A stretch of DNA of 64,000 bases from Eledone cirrhosa (Eukaryota). The stretch's first letter is position 1. Every line of letters begins with the position of its first letter. Shown in pieces: positions 24,084-35,368 of this stretch. Location of the stretch: assembly GCA_964016885.1 (NCBI GenBank), contig OZ024745.1, positions 95,294,001 through 95,358,000 on the forward strand, given 5' to 3'. The notes beneath the pieces were generated by a model, which was given only the letters and a program-made list of their open reading frames with translations, was not told the origin of the DNA and did no database searches. The position numbers and the translations under genes were made by a program.

Positions 24084-24099
24084 ATAGATAGATAGATAG

Positions 24100-24158
<59 letters not shown>

Positions 24159-24159
<1 letters not shown>

Positions 24160-27100
24160 TTCTTTATTAGCCACAGGGGCACAAAAGAAGGGGACAAATA
24201 CAAAGGGGGAAGTTTACATACAATAAAAACGTGTAAAATGTTATCACAGATGGAATTTAAAAGTTAGTCGATTTTCCCCAATAGAGGGAGACAGTTTATA
24301 TGGGTAACACATACCTCCGAAAAAAAATGTGCAACCCTCATCTCCAGGAGTACGAAGAGCTTGTACTCCTTTCCTCTCCTCCTCCTTTTCCTCAACCTAC
24401 AGGCTGATATAGAGAGAAGGCCCATTCACTCGGGCCATTCTCGCCACTTTCACCCACCTTTCATAAAACTTGCTGGGGTACAGCACCTCTCTCTCCATCC
24501 TGATTCTTCTTCCAAAGTGGTATTTGAAAAAAAGAATCAGTTGTTGGCCGGAGAGAAAGGTGTCTGACCTCAGCCCTTTCAACCTTGTCCACCATACAAC
24601 CTCTTTCGCCATAGCTATCACACAAAGGAAAACCGCCTCTCCTTCGTTTTTGAAGGAGGGTGGCGGTTTGATCATGACAATGGACTCGGTGGTCAACTGG
24701 ATTGGTCCCACCCGCGACAATAGTCGTTCTACATAGCCCCACAGGTCAGTGACGCCCGGGCAGTGTATGAATGCGTGCGCGACGGTTTCTTCGTCTCGCA
24801 CGCACCTCGGACAGATCTTTTTTGCAGGGTCCCTGCCCGGGCGCCCATGTCTGTAGAGCTTGTCTCGAACTGGTAGAGCTCCTCGGTAGCACTGCCAGGC
24901 CAGGGACTTTTGGAAGTTGTCCATCGGTCCCGGGCGGAAGGTCCTACCGAACAGACTGGCCAGTTCATCTTCCTCTACGCCTAGAGTTTCACCGAGCGCG
25001 TCGTCGCACTTGCTGCGGACCAACCCTCTATAGAATGACGAAGTGGAGTCTCCACTGATCTCCGGGTCCGCCTGCCAGAGGGCTGTGAGCGCCTGAGCAC
25101 ATTCGATGTGCCAGTCGCCCATTTTCCTCGGTCTCTGCTTGACCCAGGACTGCAGCTCGGTCAGCGAGACGAGTCGTGGGAAGGCTCGCCTGACGAACGG
25201 GGCCCACACCGGTTGTCCGGTGAGGAATACGTAGAGATGCCGCAGCCTGAGCGCGTGTTTGCGCATCGTCAACCACGGCATCCCCAGCCCTCCGTTAGAA
25301 GGGTGTTGGCAGCAGATGGATCTTCTCACCAAAGGAGCCCGCCTCTTCCAAAGGAATCGGAAGAGCGCGCGCTCCATCTTGGCGAGCGTTTTGGCTGGAC
25401 AAGGCACGACGGTCAAGAGGTAGTAGATGGCGGACGCTATAAAAGTGTTCGCCACCTCCGCTCGACCTTTCAAGGATAGTTTGCACTCGGCCCACTTCTG
25501 GGTGAGTGCAAACACCTTGGCCGTCACTTCGTTCCAGTTCTTCTCCACCTGGAGGTCCGGACCAAACCAGACCCCGAGCAGCTTTACCGGTCCTTCCGTC
25601 CAGCGTCCGACGACGCCATCGGAAGGCATCGGTCTGCCTCTCCACGATCCGAGTTGCAAACCGATGGACTTGTCCCGGTTCAGCTTCGCTCCTGTGAGAC
25701 TTTCGTATTCCTTCAGTAAGGTGCCGACTTCCTCGATTTGCGAGGCGCTCGACACCATTACTGTCACGTCGTCGGCGTAGGCCGACGCCGCTTTCCGCAG
25801 TCCCGGTTCCAGAGGGATGCCCTGCAATAGCTCCAGCTTCCGCAGTAGTGGCTCGAGAGTCAGTACGTACAGAAGGGAGGAGAGAGGGCATCCCTGTCGA
25901 ATGGATCGCGTAATATGGAAAGGCTCCGAGAGGTAACCGTTCACCTTGACCCTTGAGCAGATGTTGCTGTTGTGCATTGCAGCAATCCAGCCCCTGAACA
26001 CGGGTCCGAAGCCTGCCGCCTCGAGCACCGCATCCAGGTAACGATGGTCAACCCTATCGAAAGCCTTAGACTGATCCAAGTTGATCAGGGCCCTACCGAA
26101 GCCGGGTTTACACCCTACCCTCTCTATGATGTATCGCATGAGGTGGAGGTTGTCGTGTATGGACCTGGTCGGGATTGCGCATGTCTGCGCTTCTCCCACC
26201 AGATTCTCGACGACAAGCGCCAGCCTCTTTGCCAACACCTTGGCCAAAATCTGTAACTCTGTGTTTAACAGAGTTATGGGCCGGAAGTTGCCTATGTCAT
26301 CCCCCTTATTCTCGTCCTTCCTGATTAGTGTGACCACGCCCCCGGTTACAGAACTGGGAATTCTCCCGTTCTGTTGCCAGTTGCAGTAGACCGCTTCCAG
26401 GAGACCGGAGAATAAGTCCGGCATTGCTACGTAAAATTCGTAGGGTAGACCGTCGAGACCTGGAGATTTGCGTTTGCCGCATTGGCTCAGCGCGTCCCCT
26501 ATCTCAGTGGCTGAAATCGGCTTTTCGCAGAACTTCGCCTCGCTGTCCGAGAGTCGCGGTAGGCCGTCGAGGTATGGACCGAAATCCATAGCCTCTCCCG
26601 GCGCGCCGCTCCCCCCGAACAGCCGAGCAAAGTGCCGCTGAAAAGCCGCACACATCTGCTTCGGCTCACGTATCACGCGTCCGTTTTGGTCCTTCAAAGA
26701 CCGAATCGTGGACTTGTTGCCACTTTTTGCCTCCGTCACTCGGGCCCAGCTAACAGCTTTGGCTCCCTCGTTTCCCAGAGCACGTATTTTGCTTCTGACA
26801 ACGCAGCCCTCGTGCTTCGCGTCGAAGAACTGGTCCAAGGCCGTTCTCGTTGCTAGCACGCTGGCTACGTTGCCACTTCTAATTGCCTCTTCTACTTTAT
26901 CTACCAGTTCCTTCTCGGTTCTATTTCTATCTAACGCTAATTCTTTACTAAAAGCTATCGAGTCTAATCTAACTGCCCTCTTGAGAGAGTACCACCATCT
27001 GTTGTTGACAATGGCCCCTGTCAAGTGCTATTTAACTAAAGTGCTAATCCGTCTACTGTAGGCTTTGCTTGTCGGTAACGACAAGTTCAGCTTCCAGTAG

Positions 27101-27996
27101 CCGGGTCCTTGTCTATGGGTTCTATCAAGGTTGGCCATGCAGGTCACTAGTTTGTGATCTGAATAGGCAACCATGAACATTTGTGGACAGCTTAACATGT
27201 CCCTATCCTTATTTCTAACTAGAACCCTATCTAGGTACGATCTAGATGTTCCGCTACGATTACTCCACGTCCACAGTGGCGCAGTCGGAAAATCTAGTCG
27301 ATATCTATCGGCCAGGTCAAATCGGTCGATTAACTGTTTGAGGCTGTTACACCCCCCTTTATCGGGATATGCTCCCACATAGTCCCAACGTGCATCTAGG
27401 ATTCCATTCCAGTCCCCCACTAAAAGCAAGGAGCGGGACGTTCCCAGAAAAGTCTCTAGACGTTTGAAGAAGTCTGGCCGCGGTGTCCTGGATGGGGCAT
27501 ATGCGGCCACCAGCCTGAACGCTCCACCTTCACTACCGTCAAGGTCTAGGACCACCAGTCGACCCTCCGGGTCCAGATGTACCGTCTGTGTTACGAGGCC
27601 CAGGTGTTTCCGCAGCAAAACGGCAACTCCGCCCCCACCCCCCGGTTGACAGAGAGATGCGTAGATCTCAAAGTCATCGAAGATGGGGGCCAGCTGTCGC
27701 TCGCCGTGGATCCTGGACTTGCAAATGGCTACCACATCCAAACTGTGCGACCTGAGGTCGTTTAAGAGTTTGCCCTGTTTCCAGGGCATCCCCAGGCCGC
27801 GTACGTTCACACATCCAACTCTTATATTGGCCATGTTGGTGCTGAAAAGTTAAAAGAGGAAAAGAGATCACTCACCCTTCGCCTCCTGGGGACCAGGCCG
27901 CATGATTTCCATGGGGGTGTTGGAGGGTTGTCTGGATGGGTGGTGGTTTCCGGCGGGGTGGGGACGCAGATGTTTGGTGGGGTGGGGTCTGGTGGG
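24159..27996 (-). mobile_element. 5'-truncated Tx1 family 2 (copy D): whole ORF2 and the tail of ORF1
   Basis: Paralogous to copy A with a different 3' UTR. (GATA)n on both sides. Confidence 0.93.
24397..27834 (-). pseudogene. Tx1 ORF2 with a single in-frame stop at 27028-27030
   Basis: ORFs 27028-27834 and 24397-27024 are in frame (copy A has Gln at this site). Motifs DQSKAFDRV, RQGCPLS and YADD are present. The APE Glu is replaced (ICKSR vs ITESR). Confidence 0.92.
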
Positions 27997-28055
<59 letters not shown>

Positions 28056-29200
28056 GTTAGTGAGAGAGAGTGGGGCAGAGAGAGAAAAAGAGAGAGGAGA
28101 GATCTAATCGTCAATGAAATGATTGTTTTTCATACATGTAATTAATGCATCATTAACTGTTTATCTGATTAAGAGAATACTTTGAAGATATGTTCGTGGC
28201 GTTTCGCAATGCTTCTAAAAGCCAACCTATCTTTTCGGGTCGATGCTGAAGTGTTTCGTTATTACTGATTGCTTGTTTATGTTCTCACTATTCGATACTT
28301 TCTTCATTTATGCTCTTTCTCGTCACTGATTGCTCTCTGCGTTTGCAAGTTAAAATGAATCCGTTGGAACTTTGCTTTCCTCTACTATGACAGCAAAGTT
28401 AAATATCGAGGTGTAATAGTGAAGTTACAAATCATTATACGGCCATACTTTATTTATCATTCTTAAGGAACCCTTAGTTGCTTTAGATCATTTAAAATGT
28501 GACAAATAATCAATGACTTACCAATTAGTGTGGATATTGAATTCAACTTGGAAATAATCAAGATTTTAGATTTAGATGTAATGCTAACTTTTGCATTGAT
28601 CTTTATTTCATGTCACTAATTCCACAACCTGTGACAATTTTATTAAAGCTGTAACCAAGACGAAATGCGTTAATGAGAAAATGTTATATGTGGAAGAAGT
28701 AGAAAGATTATTTTCAGTTATAGGTTCTGTTTCATTAATGAAATTCTCATATTTATTAGCAACGTAGAACAAGATGTCACTCTTTTGGCAAGCAATGACA
28801 TCGTAGTATGGATGTAAATAGATTCGCTGAGTTGATTCTACATCAAAAGCATAACTAAGAATTATTAAGACCAAAACGTGTCCTTTTATCGTTCCCTCTC
28901 AATATGTTGTTAAATTTATGATTGAAAAGTCTAGTCGAACAAATAACTCTGATGATGATGATGATGATGATGATGATATCTGAAATATAAAATTTAGAAT
29001 GTTTCACTACTTAGAAGATAAACTCCACTTTCTGAGAATCATTCTGAATCACTGCCTAATAGTTGTGCCAGAAATAGTGTAACAACAATTTAAAGATTGA
29101 GATTTCGTGACATCTCGGGATATTTTTTGTAGTCTATTTTCAGCCTCATTGTATCAAGTTATTATTACCGATCCCATTGAATTTTTTCTGTAATCTAATC

Positions 29201-29397
29201 ATAATTGTTTCTAGCACTAGGCCAAGGGGAAAGTCGATTAAAATCAATCCCAGTGCATTACTGGTGCTTTATTCTATCGACCCCGTAAGGATGAAAGGCA
29301 AAGTTAACATCGGTGGGATTTGAATTCAGACCGTAAACGGCTGTAACTCTATGCCGCAAAGCATTATGTCTGGCGCTCTACCAATGCTGCCAATCCA
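29201..29397 (-). mobile_element. SINE S1 variant
   Basis: Reverse complement of the S1 consensus. Confidence 0.75.
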
Positions 29398-29411
29398 TCA
29401 TCAGTAATCTG

Positions 29412-29635
29412 ATAATGGTTTCCCTTTTAGGCACAAGGGCAAACAATTTTTTGCGGGGAGGGGAAAGTCGATTAAATCGACTCGAGTGCGTGATTGGTAC
29501 TTTATTTTATCGACCCCGTAAAGATGAAAGGCAAAGCTAACCCCAGCGGGGTTTGAACTCAGAATGACAATGGCCATAGCTATATGTCGCAAAGCATGTT
29601 GTCCGACACTTTACCGATACTGTCAATTCACCACC
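29412..29635 (-). mobile_element. SINE S1 variant (tandem with previous)
   Basis: Reverse complement of the longer S1 variant. Confidence 0.75.
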
Positions 29636-30012
29636 AGTAAACTAAAGATAATAAGAGAACGGAGAGTAAATATGAGGACAAGAGTAGTGAGAGTTATAAA
29701 GCAGGATATACTAGACGAACAACGATGATGGTAGTTATAAGGATCCTAACATTGATGGGGTAGTTGTAGTGGTGGTAATTATGGCGTTGCTGTTGGCAGT
29801 GGAGATGATGACGACAGTGATAATGACGACAACGACGACGACGACGACGATGATAATGTTTATGACATCCCAAATTTCAGTTTATCTGAAATGGGAATCG
29901 ACTTTAAAGGTTCTTAGCCAGGACTTGGCTCACCCATGTTAAGTCTCATACCATACTCTCATAATTATTGAGAGGAAATTATAAGATTCCTGTTAATTAT
30001 TGGTAACAAAGA

Positions 30013-30201
30013 GTGGTAGATTGGCAGTATCGGTAGAGAGTCGGACGCTATGCTTTGCAGCATTGAGTTAAGGCCCCTATGATCTGAGTTCAAATCCCGC
30101 CAAGGTTAACTTTGCCTTTCATCCTTAAGGGGTCGATAAAATAAAGCACCGGTAATGCACTGGGGTAATTGCTGGCCTTGTGCCAAAAGTAGAAACAATT
30201 A
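30013..30201 (+). mobile_element. SINE S1
   Basis: Full consensus. Confidence 0.9.
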
Positions 30202-30288
30202 TTAATTACTAATCATTAGTGTGATTACATTTCTTATTTAACACAGCCTTGTTATTTTCCCGCGGTGGCTAAAATATCTACAAATAAA

Positions 30289-30483
30289 ATAATTGTTTCT
30301 TATATAGGCACAAGGCCAGCAATTAACCCAGTGTATTACTGGTACTTTTATTTTATCGACCCCGTAAGGATGAAAGACAAAGTTAACCTCGGCGGGATTT
30401 GAACTCAGAATGACAAGGGCCGTAACTCTATGCGTCAAAGCATGGCGTCCGACCCTCTACCGATACTGCCAATCCACCGCCCT
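30289..30483 (-). mobile_element. SINE S1 with TSD
   Basis: Full consensus, with TSD acaaataaaataat at about 30280 and about 30486. Confidence 0.9.
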
Positions 30484-30565
30484 CACAAATAAAATAATGT
30501 CGTTTAAAATGTATAAACTTAGTCATCTATTTGACATTTCAGTGATATAATTTTTTGTGTTTCAG

Positions 30566-30674
30566 TTGAGTCAATGGTTTTATGATCTTAAGTTTTGTGC
30601 GCAGTATTTAGCTGATTCTAATGCTGCTTTGAATCCAATCATTTATGTGGGCTTCAATGAAAACTTTCGAAACG
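30566..30674 (+). CDS. Class A GPCR exon encoding TM7/helix 8
   Basis: tttcag|...|gtaaga, 109 nt: LSQWFYDLKFCAQYLADSNAALNPIIYVGFNENFRN(G). NPxxY motif; FNENFR is typical of NPFF/SIFamide-type receptors. Confidence 0.93.
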
Positions 30675-31559
30675 GTAAGATATTTCCTCCTTTGAATTAA
30701 TGTATTTTTCTTTCTAATTCTTCAGTCCAAAGTTATGAGTCACAACATTTCATTTCACGCTCAATGAGGTTTTATGTGTAGCAATTAATTGAGTATAAAA
30801 GCTACAGACTAGCAGTCTTGGTCAGATTAACTGACGAATCCCTATCACATCTCAATGTAATTAAATAAGAAACTTTATAAGCTAATGATTGATCTTCACC
30901 AAGGAGTAATTTGATCTGCACGATATGGTAGCTAAATCTCTCACAAATCATACAGTACCAGTTCAAGAAAGGAAAATGTAGTTCTAGATACAATGTCTAA
31001 AAGGAAGAAGAGATGCTCATAGATGGTATATCTAATTAGCAATTCTGTATTCATGTGTAATCTTACAAATTACTTTATCCTAGGATCATACTTAATTACA
31101 GATTGAACACCTCATCACTAGTTTCTTATTCTTTCTCTTGCTCAATCTAATCAAAGGCAGTTATTAAACATGTCAAAATATCAAACGTCCCTTGACCTCG
31201 ATAATGATAAGAAATGAAACATTGCCTAAATCCGTGTTGTTGTTTGTTATGGATTACAGGTTTTATATCTTACACTAAGGTCCTTAATTTCTAGTCTGAT
31301 CAATCTGTTGTCATCATATTCTCGTTTTACATTTACAAATATGCGAAAATGATATTATATACTTTGTAAATTACGCTTACTGTCTTAAATGGAAATTACT
31401 GTAATTTCGACACATTATAACGATATCGCATAGTCATTAACGAATTGGAATACTATCCTCAACATTGAAAGGATTAGAACAGTAATTTTATTAATATGCG
31501 AACTTTTAAACATAGTAATATAGATCAATCTATAATTGTATCTATATATATATATAACA

Positions 31560-31680
31560 TTTAGTTCACCATACCGAGAACAATTCTTCTCGGTATGGTA
31601 AACTAAATGTTGTGTTAGTACTTCTACCAAACTCGTCCCATGGACTGAGTGCTCTACCACTACGGATATTACCTTCCAGT
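31560..31680 (+). mobile_element. Fragment of the hammerhead-bearing family at 53990-54206, with a short inverted stub
   Basis: ttagttcaccataccgagaa / ttctcggtatggtaaactaa hairpin; downstream sequence matches 54012-54070 reversed. Confidence 0.6.
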
Positions 31681-31688
31681 AGTGTTCT

Positions 31689-31791
<103 letters not shown>

Positions 31792-31860
31792 CATACATAC
31801 ATACATACATACATACATACATACATAAATACATACATACATACATACATACATACATAC

Positions 31861-32272
31861 ATGGTGGCTGCCAACTCGTTTTCGAGTACGGCCACTACTT
31901 TATATCCATGTAGGAGAACCCCTACCGATGCGCTGGACGAGTGTGACTTTTTAATCCAGCCAGCGACTTGAAAACTCTGGTACAAACACTACACTTGTGA
32001 CAATTATTGACACATAGTGCTGGGCCCATGGTACCATGTGACGACAAGTGCAGAGAGATCTCTAGATATAAAGCAATGCCTGTGCCGTGAAGCTTTTATA
32101 CTGAGCAAAGGCAGTGCACAAAGGCAGTCCCACTCTCTTAACCAAGAGGATATTTACCAAAAAGAAGAACAAGTCAACATCATTGGATACCATCAGGGTT
32201 GCAGGTGTTATATCAGAGTTTTCCTTCTCCTAGAATTCTGCCTTGACAAAGGCTAAGGGGTCATCTCTCCCA
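31861..32272 (-). mobile_element. 5'-truncated RTE-derived non-autonomous element flanked by (TACA)n
   Basis: Near-identical to 9305-9713. (TACA)n at 31787-31860 and 32274-32368. Confidence 0.75.
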
Positions 32273-32368
32273 GATACATACATACATACATACATACATA
32301 CATACATACATACATACATACATACATACATACATACATACATACATACATACATACATACATACATA

Positions 32369-32830
32369 CAACAAACGAGGAAGAATATATTGAGACAGAT
32401 GGCACTAAGGAATACTGGTGGAATCTGAAAATAAAAACTGCCACCAAATTAAAGCACAACCGGCCTGATATTGTTGTTTGGGACCACACATTGAAAACGT
32501 GTTCTGTTGTGGAGATCAGCTGCCCACTTGATGAGGAGTTTACAAATCCAGTATCCAAGATACACCTTTAGCTTCATACCCATCATTATTGGAGCTACGG
32601 GTTATATACCAACCCGCTTGGACCAAAGTATGGCTGAACTTGGATTTGCGGACAAAAAGCGCAGCTCCCTAATTCATAGTCTACAAATGGCTGCGATAGC
32701 TGGCACCTTCAAAATTTGCAAAACATTCTTGCGATTCAAGGGATGACAATTTCTTTTCTTTTACAACCTTGCCACCAGGAAGGTGGCCGGTCAAAAAAAT
32801 ATACTCGAAATTAAGAGAAAGAGATAATAT
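32369..32830 (+). pseudogene. 3' fragment of an R4/Dong-like RLE retrotransposon
   Basis: EYWWNLKIKTATKLKHNRPDIVVWD...VVEISCPLD and IPIIIGATGYIP...LQMAAIAGTFKICKTFL*. Begins right after (TACA)n. Confidence 0.7.
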
Positions 32831-32961
32831 ATAAAAAAAAAGGATCGATCGACCTTCGTCAAATCGGACCGAGGAAACAATGTTTTCGTCGGTCTTTCCA
32901 GTTGCTAGTACTATCTATCCGTCGCAACTCCAGGTCGAAGGAGCAACGTGAAATAAAGTGA

Positions 32962-33062
32962 AGCCGTGTGGCTGAGTGGTTAGAGAATTGGATTCACAAT
33001 CTTGAGGTTGTGAGTTCGATTCCTGGACCGGGCGATGCGTTATATCCTTGAGCAAGACACTT

Positions 33063-33064
<2 letters not shown>
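32962..33064 (+). mobile_element. tRNA-derived SINE head of a second family (not a tRNA gene)
   Basis: A box tggctgagtgg and B box gttcgattcc, followed by the SINE-core-like tccttgagcaagacacttta. Acceptor stem is poor. Confidence 0.65.
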
Positions 33065-33102
<38 letters not shown>

Positions 33103-33238
33103 ATATGGCCTTGTGCTAGGATGAAACGATCGTAAGTGATTAAATGTTCTAAACACTCTTTGATTGTTATTTATAAATCAATTTATATGCATTTATTAAT
33201 CCAGAATTTTACAACAAAATGTGTTTTTTCCAATGTAG

Positions 33239-33342
33239 GTCTTCGAGACACGATGCGGTGTATGCAGAAACGGAACCCTGAAGAAATAATGATGCGAAGA
33301 AATAATTCTGCCTACCAAAGTACTTCAGTTACAAATCTATGA
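33239..33342 (+). CDS. Class A GPCR terminal coding exon (C-tail)
   Basis: ttttttccaatgtag| phase 1 matches the previous exon: (G)LRDTMRCMQKRNPEEIMMRRNNSAYQSTSVTNL*. Has a Cys after helix 8 and a Ser/Thr-rich tail. Confidence 0.8.
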
Positions 33343-34019
33343 ACAAATAAATTCCTCATAACATGACTGATGTCTATCATACCAATTAGAATTTATCAAA
33401 TTCTGCTATTTTTCAATTCTTTGAACTATAGAAATATACGATACAAATATAAAATGTATTTGTTGTATACATTATCACCATCCAAAAGATATCAGATAAC
33501 ATATCGGCCCAACAATCAATATAAAATGACATATCCAATATCAGTTGCATTTGCAGCAATATATATTTTTTATGGTATTGAGTATCTAAAATGTATCAAA
33601 TCATTGGCAAATTTCTTTTGTTTAGATATTTAGATGTATTTAAATGAAGGTTTTTAATACAATTTGATACTCATTTTCGGTCTCATTTCCTTGAATTACT
33701 TTACATTTATATACTCCAAATCTAGTCTGAAATCGTTTCTAGCTCTATATATAGCTCTAGAGCTGATTGTCCGATGAAGTGAGACCGGCGGGTGGTATTG
33801 ATTTTTAAGTAGAAGCATTTTACATCATATACATTGCCAATTATCATGGAAAAAGCGTAGCATCATAATATCTCATCCCCCTTGCAACTAAACTATACGA
33901 AATATCGTCTCGTATCAAAGAAATCCACTTATTTTATATCTAATAGTTATATCTCTGCCAATGGAAGTTACGTTTCCATTGTTATAAGTCCAAATATCTT
34001 CCTTTAAAAGTTTAACTTT

Positions 34020-34068
<49 letters not shown>

Positions 34069-34095
34069 ATATATATGTATGTTTATATCTATATA

Positions 34096-34162
<67 letters not shown>

Positions 34163-34229
34163 TCATCATCATCATCATCATCATTTTACGTCCGCTTTTC
34201 CCTGCTTGCAAGGGTGGAACATATATATA

Positions 34230-34690
34230 TATAAAATAAAATAATTAAGTCAAAAATGTAAAATTTGGCTTCGTTTATAATAAATTATAAATTTACTGCT
34301 ATATATATTTCGGTGACAGCCATCATTAGCTGTGACCTCTTCACACATGATTCCAGTTCACATATGATTCCTATTCCTCAGAGGAATAACAACACACCCA
34401 GGAGCTGGACATATCGATGTATTGACGGAATAAAACACACTTCAACAACATGTGTACCTGTCTTTTCCACACCAATTCGGACTGCCTGAAGAGGTCACAG
34501 CCAATGATGGCTGTCGCCGAAATATATATAGCAGTAAATTTATCATTTATAATAAACGAAGCAAAATTTTACATATTTGACTTAATTATTTTACATTACT
34601 CCGGAGTAAACAAACCAACCTGCGTACATCGTCGAGTGCTCTAATCTGCATACTGAGGTGTCGGTAAACAACCAACATATACTCAAAATA
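34230..34690 (+). mobile_element. pLTR-like element with inverted copy and hammerhead
   Basis: 34230-34343 is the reverse complement of about 34487-34594. (TA)n flanks. Confidence 0.75.
34481..34535 (+). ncRNA. Type I hammerhead ribozyme
   Basis: actgc-CTGAAGA-ggtcacagcca atga tggctgtcgcc-GAAA-tatata-ta-gcagt. Confidence 0.85.
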
Positions 34691-35297
34691 TATATATATA
34701 AGATACCGTTGTTATTATATCATACTATTTATATTGATTTTAATCACTTACAATGCCAAATTTAAATCATAAAACATTATTTTTGTATTTGGTCTTCTAA
34801 GTGTGCTTATGAAGGATATGAATGAGCCTCAATTCACTTCATTTACTATATACTATAATATTAGGTCTTCCAACCTAATTAATAACCTACTTTTACAATG
34901 AATTTTCATCGGAGATGTTTCTTTATTCGATCGAACTATTCAGTTTACCAGTAAATTCAAACCAAACATTTCTACATTGTTTAAAATGGAACACATATAC
35001 TTTAAATATTAAATGTGTGGATAACATTTCCAGAGAGGAAATATTGTGATTGTGTGTAAAATGTCGCAGTCTATAACAAACCGCAACTAGTATGACATAG
35101 AATACGATTGAAAATGCTTGTATACCTCAAATATTCCTTCTTCATAACTCAAAGCTAGAAACGCTATCTAAAACAAGAACCTACCTGTACTAATAATCAA
35201 TATTTGTGCTGCACCTCATGAAATATTACATTGGCTTTATATACATTAACATTCTCTTATCATTTGTCTGTACCCACAGATTCAAATATATACTCAA

Positions 35298-35368
<71 letters not shown>

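Noticed and set aside
17787-27765. Many overlapping + strand ORFs across Tx1, and the - strand ORFs across the CRE element
   Set aside because: Antisense or alternate-frame shadows of GC-rich TE coding sequence, with no motifs.
28608-28874. Possible nested small secreted or GPI-anchored protein (minus strand)
   Set aside because: TTG start, no recognisable family and no convincing splice context.
32962-33035. tRNA gene
   Set aside because: Acceptor stem does not pair well and the sequence runs into a SINE-type core.
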